Source: a candidate division WOR-3 bacterium
GTDB lineage: Bacteria > Hydrothermota > Tepidihabitantia > Tepidihabitantales > JAOUPE01
DNA: 17,323 nucleotides
NCBI GenBank assembly: GCA_039801565.1
Contig: JBDRUX010000052.1
Location: forward strand, 1-17,323
Direction of reading: 5' to 3'
Position numbers and translations under genes: made by a program. Numbering within the stretch: the first letter of the stretch is position 1; the number at the start of each line of letters is the position of its first letter. Shown here piece by piece: positions 1 through 8,411 of this stretch. The notes under the pieces are model-generated. The model was given only the letters and a program-made list of their open reading frames with translations, did not search any database and was not told the origin of the DNA.

Positions 1-10
1 TCAATCTTTG

Positions 11-129
11 AACCTACCCGCCAACCATAACCAGAACTAACTCGGTTGGCTACCAACCAGACTAACCTAAAACCTACCCCCGCCTCTATCCCCGATACAG
101 CATAGGGGGTAGCCAGGGGCTAGCCCCTG
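11..129. repeat. Degenerate short repeats and palindromes (extragenic repeat-like element)
   Basis: AACCTACCC at 11-19 and 71-79; CCAG(A)ACTAAC twice; inverted pair CTACCCCC (74-81) / GGGGGTAG (105-112); perfect 16-bp palindrome CAGGGGCTAGCCCCTG (114-129). Confidence 0.55.
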
Positions 130-160
130 ATGATATGTCAATAGCCCGATTGGCTTGCAA

Positions 161-173
161 AATCAATAACTTA
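161..173 (+). promoter_or_regulatory. Putative IHF-type binding site
   Basis: AATCAATAACTTA matches the IHF consensus WATCAANNNNTTR exactly; it lies in an AT-rich non-coding region. Confidence 0.4.
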
Positions 174-511
174 GATGAAACCTTAAAAAATTAAAATAAG
201 CGTTTAAAGGTGTTTCAATAAAATGAAAGTCATTTTGATATTTTTATTCGGGAGCCGTTGACCGTGTCCGTGGACTGACTAAAAGTTCAAAATTGTTCAA
301 ATGGTTCAGCGACAAAATGATTTATGGCTATTCAAGTCGCTGGGCAATACTTTACCTTCTTTGAATAACCAAACCTCTACTAATATCTCTTCCCGAAGCT
401 ATCCAATAATACTGGAATCTGTAAACAATTGCAGATAATAAACTAACGTATTTCATCATATTAGCTCTTATCCAAATTATGTTAAGATTTATAAAGCAAA
501 CTAAAGAATTA

Positions 512-1116
512 TCAATCATTTTCCTCCTCGTATTTATTAAGATACACTTCGTTAAGCTCTCTAATGATTCCGTCAACAATCTTCAAGTAAAACAATGAAT
601 CTTTATAAGTTCGTATTTTCTTCGCTTCCTCGGAAACATCGGAAGAATTCAACGAACCTATTCAATTGGTCCAAAATTAATCGTGCTTGCTCAGTATTAT
701 AGCGCCGACAACTTTAGCGGTCTTAAAATTCTGTCTACTGTAGCTGAACTAATCTTTAACAGTTTCTTTTTGATTTCGATGGCGGTGGTGATGAGCTTAA
801 TGATTTTGGTTTTCTTGGGTTAGTGCTTTAGAATCAAGAGCGTTTGTATAAAGTAAAACTTGATTGGCACCCATAGGATTTTCCGAGATGGGATAATTCT
901 TGGATATAAGTTTTCTTCCGCCCTCGGTGATGGGTATAAAGAGCGATAAGTCTAATGCCCTGGGGAACATAACAGATCTTTCCGAAGTTATTTAAAGGTA
1001 TGAGTCGATATTCTACGGTAGAGGTAGGGTGAGTTGGACTAAATGCTGATTTTATCTTTTTGCTGCCGGATGGTATTAGGGGTATTGGCTTCGATTATTG
1101 ACCTTTTAGTCTTCAT
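512..1116 (-). pseudogene. Transposase pseudogene, frameshifted and internally deleted
   Basis: Manual translation gives collinear fragments in different frames: MKTKRSIIEA (from 1116), RGRKKTY (926-906), IEIKKKLLKISSATVDRILRP (780-718), RYNTEQARLILDQL (704-663), LNSSDVSEEAKK (652-617), stop at 514-512. These resemble motifs I recall for ISNCY-type transposases (LLxISxATIDRxL, RYDT). Confidence 0.65.
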
Positions 1117-1126
1117 TTTGTATATT
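1098..1126 (+). promoter_or_regulatory. Sigma70-type promoter antisense to the transposase start (pOUT-like)
   Basis: TTGACC-17 nt-TATATT; the - strand ATG (1116-1114) lies within the spacer. Confidence 0.55.
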
Positions 1127-1145
1127 CCTTCTGGTATTGTTATTG

Positions 1146-1188
1146 GGTTCTCCTTAGGTTGGTATTTATACCAGGAGAACCTTTTTTT
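1146..1188 (+). terminator. Intrinsic terminator / antisense RNA hairpin
   Basis: GGTTCTCCT (1146-1154) pairs with AGGAGAACC (1173-1181), with an inner GGTAT/ATACC stem, followed by T7 (1182-1188). Confidence 0.65.
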
Positions 1189-1266
1189 CAACAGGATTAT
1201 TAGAAAGTCTAATTATGATTAAACAATTCTTTTTCGGTAAGATTATTTTTGATGAAATTCGAAAAC

Positions 1267-1295
1267 TTGACTACAGCCTTGGCTGGCGATATAAT
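1267..1295 (+). promoter_or_regulatory. Sigma70-type promoter upstream of ptsH
   Basis: TTGACT-17 nt-TATAAT. Confidence 0.7.
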
Positions 1296-1300
1296 TTTAA

Positions 1301-1364
1301 GCATAGTAGCCTTCTTTCTCTGGTTGCATATAGTAATTTATATACCTACCAGGGGCTACTTTGC
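1301..1364 (+). other. Long imperfect hairpin beginning at the predicted transcription start (candidate antisense RNA or leader)
   Basis: AGTAGCC (1305-1311)/GGCTACT (1354-1360), CTGGT (1320-1324)/ACCAG (1348-1352), GCA/TGC at the base. Confidence 0.5.
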
Positions 1365-1416
1365 CAAATTTTCAGTGCAAGATTTTTGTCAAATTACAGG
1401 AAACTTATATAATTTT

Positions 1417-1671
1417 ATGATAAGCGAAAAGATTATAATTAGAAATGAAGTTGGACTCCATGCTCGTCCGGCTTCAGAGTTCGTCAGAACCGCGGAGAAA
1501 TTTTCATCTTCGGTTCGACTTTGCAAAGACGGTATTTGGGTAAATGGCAAAAGTATCTTAGCCATCTTAACTTTAGCCGCCGAGAAAGGCAGTGAAGTAA
1601 TTTTAGAGGTGAAAGGAAAGGACGAAGAAAAAGCATTTAAAGCTTTAAAAGCCGTGTTATTAGGTAGTTAG
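1417..1671 (+). CDS. ptsH: Phosphocarrier protein HPr
   Basis: GLHARPA (phospho-His motif) and NGKSIL (regulatory Ser) motifs. Start reassigned to ATG 1417 (MISEKIIIRN), giving the typical 84 aa; the ORF-track extension from 1249 overlaps promoter and hairpin sequence. Confidence 0.95.
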   Translation: MISEKIIIRNEVGLHARPASEFVRTAEKFSSSVRLCKDGIWVNGKSILAILTLAAEKGSEVILEVKGKDEEKAFKALKAVLLGS

Positions 1672-3465
1672 ATGCAAAAAAAAGAACGAATTTTGAGGGG
1701 AATCCCGGTATCACCAGGTTATGTCATTGGCAAGGTATTTATCTATGAGAATCTTTTTCCCCAATTGAATGCTCGTCCAATTTCGGATTCAGAAATTCCT
1801 TCGGAAATTAGTCGTTTTGAGTCGGCGGTTGCTGAAACCGAAGAAGACTTGAAACAATTATACGACCAAGTTAAACGGGAAATGGGGCGTGACCTTGCTG
1901 AATTTATTGCCATCCAAATCGCTTTGCTTAAAGACCGAACCACAATCGACGAAACGAAAAGGTTTATTCAAACTAAAAAACTTAATGCCGAGTATGCTTA
2001 TGCTGAGGTGTGTAAAAAACTTGCGGCCCCGGTTGCTGGTTCGTCACTCGCCTTCTTTCGAGAACGATTTGTTGATATCTTAGATGTTACCAATCGAGTC
2101 CTAAGGAAGTTACTTAAAGAAGAATTGCCATCAATCTATGAGATTCGAAACAGTTCGATTCTCATCACCCATGATTTATTACCATCCGAGGCAGCACTCT
2201 TAGATAAAAATCGAGTGTTGGGAGTTGTAACTGAGACGGGAGGGAAAACCGCCCACAGTGCGATTTTAGTCAAAGCCAAAGAGATTCCAACCGTAATGGG
2301 TGTGGAAAACATTAAAAAACATCTCAATTCCGGTGAGACCGTCATTCTTGATGGCTTTCGGGGGATTGTGATTCTTGACCCAACCGAAAAACGAATTGAA
2401 TTTTACCAACAAGAAATCGAAAAGAATGAACGGCGCAAAAAATATCTCTTCCAACTCAAAGAAGCCGACCCAATCACCTTGGATGGTAAATTTATTGACC
2501 TTTCGGCAAATATTGAGTTCGTTGCGGAATGTTTTCAAGCCCGTCAATACGGCGCCCGGGGTATTGGTCTGTTTCGAACTGAATATCTATATCTATCAAA
2601 ACGCCGTGCCCCAACCGAAGAGGAACAATATAATGTATTTGCTGAAGTCGCCACCGCAATGAAACCTTATCCTGTGATTATTCGAACCTTTGATTTAGGT
2701 GGTGACAAAATTATTCCCGGCTACACCGAAGGGAATCCGTTTTTGGGTTGGCGTGCCATCCGAGTTTGCTTTGATGACAAAGAACTTTTTAAAACCCAAT
2801 TGCGAGCAATCCTGCGTGCCTCAGCAATTGGTAATGTCAAAGTTATGTTTCCAATGATTGCGACCTTAGAAGAGATAAAACGTGCCAAAATCTTATTGAA
2901 TGAAGCTAAAGGGGAATTAACCGCCCAGAAAATACCGTTTAACAACCAAATTGAAATTGGTATCATGATTGAAGTACCTTCCGCCGCATTAAAAGCTGAT
3001 GCGCTTGCCCAAGAGTGTAATTTCTTCTCGATTGGCTCCAATGATTTAACTCAGTATACCTTAGCGGTCGATCGAACTAATGAACGAGTGGCTAAACTCT
3101 ATGACCATAGCCACCCCGCGGTCCTAAAATTGATTAAAGAGACTATCGACGCTGCCCACCGGCATAATATCTGGATTGGACTTTGTGGTGAGTTGGCTTC
3201 GGACCCCTTAGGGATTGTGATTCTAATCGGCTTTGGCATTGATGAACTCTCGATGGCACCAGCCAGTGTTCCACTTGCCAAAGAGATAATTCGAAACTTA
3301 GATTTCGGAAAAGCTAAGATGATGGTTGAGCGCGTTCAAGAATTAAATACCCCGTTAGAGGTGACCCGTTACCTACAAAAAGAGATTAACGAAAAGTTTC
3401 CCAAGTTATTTGATAAAATTAAAATTGAGAATACCCTAAATAAAATCTGGCATCTGCCGAAATGA
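1672..3465 (+). CDS. ptsI: PEP-protein phosphotransferase (PTS enzyme I)
   Basis: GIPVSPG, TAHSAIL (catalytic His), GIGLFRTE, RTFDLGGDK, NPFLGWRAIR, FFSIGSNDLTQY, GLCGELA; ATG directly follows the ptsH stop. Confidence 0.97.
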   Translation: MQKKERILRGIPVSPGYVIGKVFIYENLFPQLNARPISDSEIPSEISRFESAVAETEEDLKQLYDQVKREMGRDLAEFIAIQIALLKDRTTIDETKRFIQTKKLNAEYAYAEVCKKLAAPVAGSSLAFFRERFVDILDVTNRVLRKLLKEELPSIYEIRNSSILITHDLLPSEAALLDKNRVLGVVTETGGKTAHSAILVKAKEIPTVMGVENIKKHLNSGETVILDGFRGIVILDPTEKRIEFYQQEIEKNERRKKYLFQLKEADPITLDGKFIDLSANIEFVAECFQARQYGARGIGLFRTEYLYLSKRRAPTEEEQYNVFAEVATAMKPYPVIIRTFDLGGDKIIPGYTEGNPFLGWRAIRVCFDDKELFKTQLRAILRASAIGNVKVMFPMIATLEEIKRAKILLNEAKGELTAQKIPFNNQIEIGIMIEVPSAALKADALAQECNFFSIGSNDLTQYTLAVDRTNERVAKLYDHSHPAVLKLIKETIDAAHRHNIWIGLCGELASDPLGIVILIGFGIDELSMAPASVPLAKEIIRNLDFGKAKMMVERVQELNTPLEVTRYLQKEINEKFPKLFDKIKIENTLNKIWHLPK

Positions 3466-3505
3466 AGCACAATAGTTTTATTAAAAGAGTTAGAGGTAAA
3501 ACACT

Positions 3506-4552
3506 TTGGAAATAGAGCAGATGAATTCAATGTTTGATTTAATTTATGAGCTGCCACAACAAATTTGCGATGCTCGAAAAATTGCCAAGCAAACGATGCA
3601 GAAAATTCAAAATTATCCTGCCCGTTTTTCTAATATTGCCAATATTATAATTGCCGGTATGGGAGGTTCGGGTATCGGCGGTGAAATTCTTTCCAGCCTC
3701 TTAACCTATTATTCGCCAATACCAACTATGATTGTCAAAGACTATTCGTTACCGTCCTATGTCACCAAACAAAGTCTCTTCTTTGCGGTTAGTCATTCCG
3801 GCAATACTGAGGAGACGCTTACTGCTTACCGAGAGGCAAAAAAAATCTCTTGCCCGGTGATTTGTATTACCAGTGGTGGCAAACTCTTAGAATTTGCCGC
3901 TCGGCATAATGATGTTGTAGTTAAGATTCCGGCGGCAATGCCACCCCGCACCGCAATTGGTTACCTCTTTATTCCGTTTTTGATTATTCTCACCAAACTT
4001 GGTCTTGTGCGTAGTTTTGACCGAGATATTACCGAAACGATCCAAGTTCTTGCCGACCGGCGTTCGATTTATCGAGTCCGCGCGCGACGTTTGGCAAAAG
4101 ATTTAAATGAAAAAATACCTTTCATTATCTCGACTTCTCGTTTACTCAACCCGGTAGCCAATCGTTGGCGGCAAGAATTTAACGAACTGGCAAAAATTGT
4201 CGCTCATACCAGTTGTCTCCCGGAATTTAGCCACAATGAAATTGAAGGAATCGGTGGGCCTACCTCTTTAAAAAGGTTGACTTATCTTTTGCTCCTTTTT
4301 GACCCAAATGCTCCTGAAAGAAATAAATTAAGAGCTAATTTAACCCTAACGATTACCAAGGGTAATTTTTTCAAAGCCCGAAAGTTTTTGCCCGATGGTA
4401 AAAGTCTACTAACGCATATCTTCTCATTGATAATGCAAGGTGACTTATTAAGTTATTATCTGGCGCGGGAAAGAAAAGTTGACCCTCTGCCGGTAAGGCG
4501 AATTGATAAGCTGAAAGAATTGATGTCTAAACGAAGGACAAAGTTATTTTGA
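3506..4552 (+). CDS. Bifunctional phosphoglucose/phosphomannose isomerase (SIS-domain PGI/PMI)
   Basis: GMGGSGIGG, SHSGNTEET, ITSGGKL, PPRTA, RW..EFNE.AK, PEFSHNEI, IDKLK. TTG start with GAGG upstream; ATG 3521 is an alternative. Confidence 0.9.
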   Translation: MEIEQMNSMFDLIYELPQQICDARKIAKQTMQKIQNYPARFSNIANIIIAGMGGSGIGGEILSSLLTYYSPIPTMIVKDYSLPSYVTKQSLFFAVSHSGNTEETLTAYREAKKISCPVICITSGGKLLEFAARHNDVVVKIPAAMPPRTAIGYLFIPFLIILTKLGLVRSFDRDITETIQVLADRRSIYRVRARRLAKDLNEKIPFIISTSRLLNPVANRWRQEFNELAKIVAHTSCLPEFSHNEIEGIGGPTSLKRLTYLLLLFDPNAPERNKLRANLTLTITKGNFFKARKFLPDGKSLLTHIFSLIMQGDLLSYYLARERKVDPLPVRRIDKLKELMSKRRTKLF

Positions 4553-4628
4553 GTCCTAAAAATTCTTTTTAAGAAAGGAAGGAATGGACTAAACCGGGGC
4601 GTATAATTTTTGTTAAAAGGAGGTTAAA

Positions 4629-5603
4629 ATGTTTAAAGTTGTGATACCAGCAGCTGGTGAGGGTAGGAGGTTGAAACCTCACACCCACACCACCCCAAAA
4701 GTTTTGCTTGCAGTCGCCGGCAAGCCAATTATTGGCCATTTAATGGACCGGCTGTTGCCGGCTAACCCAGCCGAAGTAATTGTCGTTGTTGGCGCCCAAG
4801 GCAACCAAATAAAAGATTATCTTGAAAAAAATTATAAGGTTCCATTTAAATTTATTGAGCAGAAAGATCCCCAAGGTTTAGGCGATGCAGTGGCAAGAGT
4901 TGCTGATTACTTCCGTTCGGAACCAATTTTGATTATTTTAGGTGACACAATTCTGGATTTAAATATTAAAGATTTAATTGGTGATGAGAATCTGATTGGG
5001 GTGAAAAAAGTTGATGACCCAAGACGGTTCGGGGTGGTGGAACAACGCAACGGCTATATCAGCAAAATTATCGAGAAACCATCAGAGCCGGTTAGTAATT
5101 TAGCGATTGTTGGAATTTACTATTTCGCCGATGCGGCTCCCCTTTTCAACTCCTTAAGAAAAATCATAAAGGAAGAACGCAAAACCCGTGGCGAGTATCA
5201 ACTCTCTGATGCACTCCAAGAGTTGATTGATGAAGGAATAAGAATCAGGGCGTTCCCGGTTGAATATTGGTTAGATTGTGGTACTACCGAAGCGATGATT
5301 GCCACCAATCGCTATTTACTTCAGAACACGCATCATTTCCGACCGCGTGAAAAATGTGTAATTATCCCACCAGTTTACATTGACGATACTGCGAACATTG
5401 AAGATTCGGTAATCGGACCTTTTGTCTCAATAAGTGAGGAGGTTGAGATTCGTAGTTCAATCATAAGAGATTCGATTATCAATCGCGGCGCTTATGTTGA
5501 AAATGCTCTTTTGGAGGGTTCAATCTTAGGTGAAAATGCGATAGTGCGGGAAAGAGCGATGCGATTAAACTTGGGTGGTTTCTCTGAACTGGAAACTGGT
5601 TAG
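4629..5603 (+). CDS. Sugar-phosphate nucleotidyltransferase (glucose-1-phosphate thymidylyltransferase long-form-like) with short C-terminal left-handed beta-helix
   Basis: IPAAGEGRRLKPHT..PK, LGD, FGVV, IIEKP, GEYQLSDA, WLDCGT and hexapeptide-like repeats; SD AAGGAGG upstream. Confidence 0.88.
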   Translation: MFKVVIPAAGEGRRLKPHTHTTPKVLLAVAGKPIIGHLMDRLLPANPAEVIVVVGAQGNQIKDYLEKNYKVPFKFIEQKDPQGLGDAVARVADYFRSEPILIILGDTILDLNIKDLIGDENLIGVKKVDDPRRFGVVEQRNGYISKIIEKPSEPVSNLAIVGIYYFADAAPLFNSLRKIIKEERKTRGEYQLSDALQELIDEGIRIRAFPVEYWLDCGTTEAMIATNRYLLQNTHHFRPREKCVIIPPVYIDDTANIEDSVIGPFVSISEEVEIRSSIIRDSIINRGAYVENALLEGSILGENAIVRERAMRLNLGGFSELETG

Positions 5604-5631
5604 TAGCTAATCGTGAGCCCTGACACGAAAT

Positions 5632-6729
5632 ATGATATTTACAATTACTAAAGAAGCAACTGACTCCCAAGCCCGACTCGGTAAACTGATTTTACCAAAT
5701 GGCGAAGTTGAAACACCGGTGTTTATGCCAGTTGGCACACAAGGGACAGTCAAGACCGTCACCCCGAAAGAATTGATTGAAAATGATGTTGAGATGATTA
5801 TCTGCAATACCTATCATCTTTATCTCCGACCTGGATACGAAGTAATCCAAAATGCTGGGGGCATAAGCAAATTTATCGGTTGGAATCGACCGGTGGTAAC
5901 CGATTCTGGTGGTTTTCAGATTTATTCGTTGGCAACATTAAGAAAGATTGACGAGGAAGGCGTAAAATTCCAATCGCATGTTGATGGTTCTTACCACTTA
6001 TTTACTCCCGAGTTAGTTATCGAAGTGCAAGAGGCATTTGGTTCGGATATTATGATGTGTCTCGATGTCTGCGTTCCTTACCCTTGTAGTTTTGAACAAG
6101 CAAAAGAGGCTTCAGGTATTACTACGCTCTGGGCAAAACGTTCTAAGGCGGTCAAAAGTGCACTGACTAATTTATTTGGAATTATTCAGGGTGCTACCTA
6201 TGCTGACCTGAGACGCCAGCATTCTCAGGAAATTTGTGCAATGGACTTTGATGGTTATGCAATTGGCGGGTTGTGCTTAGGCGAACCAACCAATGTTACT
6301 TTTGAGATGGTCGAAATCGTGGTAGAAAATTTACCCAAGGATAAGCCGCGATATCTAATGGGCGCTGGTTATCCCGAAGATATTATTGAAGGGGTATTAC
6401 GGGGAGTCGATATCTTTGATTGCGTTTTACCAACGCGCAATGGACGAACTGGTACGGCCTTCACATCCGAGGGGCGCATAATGATTCGTAATGCCCAATA
6501 TACACGCGATTATGCTCCCCTTGATGCTAATTGCAATTGTTACACCTGTCAAAACTTCTCCCGTGCCTATCTCCGTCACCTCTTCATCGCCGATGAAGTC
6601 TTAGGACCAAAACTTTTGACCCTGCACAATATTCATTTTTTTATCAAAATAATCAAAGATATAAGAAAAGCGATAAAAGAGGACCGACTGAAATCATTAG
6701 CCAGAGTTTTTACTAAAAGTAAAGAATAA
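5632..6729 (+). CDS. tgt: tRNA-guanine(34) transglycosylase
   Basis: TPVFMPVGT, NTYHL, TDSGGFQ, GIIQG, PRYLMG, GVDIFDCVLPTRNGR, Zn motif CNCYTC...H. Confidence 0.97.
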   Translation: MIFTITKEATDSQARLGKLILPNGEVETPVFMPVGTQGTVKTVTPKELIENDVEMIICNTYHLYLRPGYEVIQNAGGISKFIGWNRPVVTDSGGFQIYSLATLRKIDEEGVKFQSHVDGSYHLFTPELVIEVQEAFGSDIMMCLDVCVPYPCSFEQAKEASGITTLWAKRSKAVKSALTNLFGIIQGATYADLRRQHSQEICAMDFDGYAIGGLCLGEPTNVTFEMVEIVVENLPKDKPRYLMGAGYPEDIIEGVLRGVDIFDCVLPTRNGRTGTAFTSEGRIMIRNAQYTRDYAPLDANCNCYTCQNFSRAYLRHLFIADEVLGPKLLTLHNIHFFIKIIKDIRKAIKEDRLKSLARVFTKSKE

Positions 6730-7041
6730 AAAATTTACCGAGAGCAATAATTTATAATCAAATTCCCTTTCGCTTACGAGACTTCAGTTCTTTTTAGAGC
6801 ATCCTCAAGCGAGAACCCAATGAGAACCCATCAGCATACCATAGGAGAATAAAGGTTTATAGATTCGGTGTGGCAAAGGTATCGTTAAAGGTACAAGTTC
6901 CTACCAATCCTTTGACATAAATTCTATATCATTTTGGCAGGTTCCGTCTTATTTTTCACTAAGTCAATCCCAGTGAATATTTCTTCTATAGCTGGTCAAG
7001 AGGGGTGGATATCTTGTCTGTAAAATCTCGCAAATTATTTA

Positions 7042-7070
7042 TTGACAAATTCAGAAGATTTTGTTATAAA
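7042..7070 (+). promoter_or_regulatory. Sigma70-type promoter of the ABC substrate-binding gene
   Basis: TTGACA-17 nt-TATAAA with extended -10 TG. Confidence 0.75.
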
Positions 7071-7091
7071 TTGTGAAAAGACCGGTCTAAT

Positions 7092-7103
7092 TGCTCTTTA
7101 ACA
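7092..7103 (+). promoter_or_regulatory. boxA (NusB/NusE-binding antitermination element)
   Basis: TGCTCTTTAACA, identical to the E. coli rrn boxA consensus, about 15 nt downstream of the predicted transcription start. Confidence 0.65.
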
Positions 7104-7205
7104 ATCTGGTGCAATAGTTTTTAGCCAATAAGCAATAGTATGTATCAAGGAATGTAGTAGTTTCATTACCTTTGAAATAGAAAATATAAACTAAAGGAGG
7201 ATACA

Positions 7206-8411
7206 ATGAAGAAAAAGAACCAAGATTTCAATTCGCGCAACCCAATTTATGAGAAATTGTGTTTTTTAGGTTATGCCTTTTTGTTTCTGACCGGAATATT
7301 TATCAGTTTAAATCTTTTATCCTGTGCTAAGGAGCAAGGGAGTGTTATCAAAATTGGATTGGTTGTTCCTTTAACCGGAGATGTTAAGACCTTCGGCGAG
7401 TCGGTAAAAAATGCAGTTATGTTAGCGGTCGAAGAAGCTAATAATAAAGGCGGGATTATCAATAAAAAGATCAAAATCGTGATGGCGGATGATAAGAACG
7501 ACCCAACCGAATGTGCCAATGCTGGCAGCAAACTGATAAATCAGGACCGCGTGAAACTAATTATTGGGTCAGTTTCCTCAAAATGCTCGATTCCGTTATC
7601 TGAGATTTGTCAAGATGCAACAGTCGTAATGATTACGCCGACTTCGACCAATCCGAAGGTCACGGTTGATGAATATGGTAAAAGAAAAGATTATATCTTT
7701 CGTGCCTGTTTTATTGATCCATTTCAAGGGGCTGTAGCGGCAAAATTTGCCTTAGAGAATCTGAAAGCAAAAAAAGCTGCCGTGCTTTATGATGTCAGCA
7801 ATGATTATGTGAAAGGTCTTGCCGAATTCTTCCAACAAGCCTTCACCAAGGGTGGTGGCAAGATTAATGTCTATGAGTCCTATGCCAAAGACGATGTTGA
7901 TTTCTCAGCCCTTCTGACTAAGGTTAAAGTTGATAATCCCGATGTTCTATTCATTCCTGATTATTACAATAAAGTTGGGTTAATTGTCAAACAAGCTCGG
8001 CAATTAGGAATCAAGGCGACATTTTTAGGGGGCGACGGCTGGGATTCTGAGGATATGGTCAAAATTGCTGGTGATGCGATTGAAGGTGGCTATTTTACAA
8101 ATCACTATTCACCTGAAGACCCTAGACCCGAAGTACAAGAATGGGTAAAAAAATATCAAGCAAAATATGGCTCAAAACCTGATGCCTTAGCGACTTTGGG
8201 TTATGATGCTACGCTAATCCTTCTGGAGGCAATAAGGTTGGCGGGTTCAGACAAACCAGAAAAAGTTCGGGATGCGCTGGCGCAGTTAAAAGATTTTCAA
8301 TGCGTCTCCGGTAAAATCAGTTTTGATGAAAATGGCAACCCAATGAAAAGTGCGGTTATCTTACAATATCAAGGCGGCGCCCAAAAATACGTCACAACTG
8401 TAAATCCATAA
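7206..8411 (+). CDS. Branched-chain amino acid ABC transporter substrate-binding lipoprotein (LivJ/LivK-like)
   Basis: Lipobox LLSC (Cys40), IKIGLVVPLTG, YIFRACFIDPFQG, DFSALLTK, FLGGDGWDS, NHYS, GYDA; SD AAGGAGG. Confidence 0.92.
   Translation: MKKKNQDFNSRNPIYEKLCFLGYAFLFLTGIFISLNLLSCAKEQGSVIKIGLVVPLTGDVKTFGESVKNAVMLAVEEANNKGGIINKKIKIVMADDKNDPTECANAGSKLINQDRVKLIIGSVSSKCSIPLSEICQDATVVMITPTSTNPKVTVDEYGKRKDYIFRACFIDPFQGAVAAKFALENLKAKKAAVLYDVSNDYVKGLAEFFQQAFTKGGGKINVYESYAKDDVDFSALLTKVKVDNPDVLFIPDYYNKVGLIVKQARQLGIKATFLGGDGWDSEDMVKIAGDAIEGGYFTNHYSPEDPRPEVQEWVKKYQAKYGSKPDALATLGYDATLILLEAIRLAGSDKPEKVRDALAQLKDFQCVSGKISFDENGNPMKSAVILQYQGGAQKYVTTVNP

Larger units (their letters stand above)
373..1258 (-). 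mobile_element. Degenerate insertion sequence remnant (ISNCY-like / integrase-core transposase type)
   Basis: Transposase-like peptide fragments on the - strand, flanked by imperfect inverted sequences TCTTCCCGAA (388-397) and TTCGGTAAGA (1233-1242). Boundaries are approximate. Confidence 0.55.

Noticed and set aside
1..342. CRISPR array or tRNA
   Set aside because: Repeats are short, degenerate and irregularly spaced; no cloverleaf could be built around the GTTCAA motifs.
352..579. 75-aa minus-strand ORF
   Set aside because: No recognisable motif, and it overlaps the transposase remnant in another frame. A GAGGAGG before an internal ATG could mark a short peptide, but there is no further support.
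1249..1416. Hydrophobic 56-aa N-terminal extension making a membrane-anchored HPr
   Set aside because: The extension overlaps a near-consensus promoter and a hairpin, and ATG 1417 gives a normal-length HPr. It is most likely an ORF-calling artefact.
5632..6729. Tgt as a DNA-modifying (DpdA) or queuine-salvage variant
   Set aside because: Length and motifs are canonical bacterial Tgt and there are no dpd genes nearby. GGLCLGE differs only mildly from the usual GGLxVGE.
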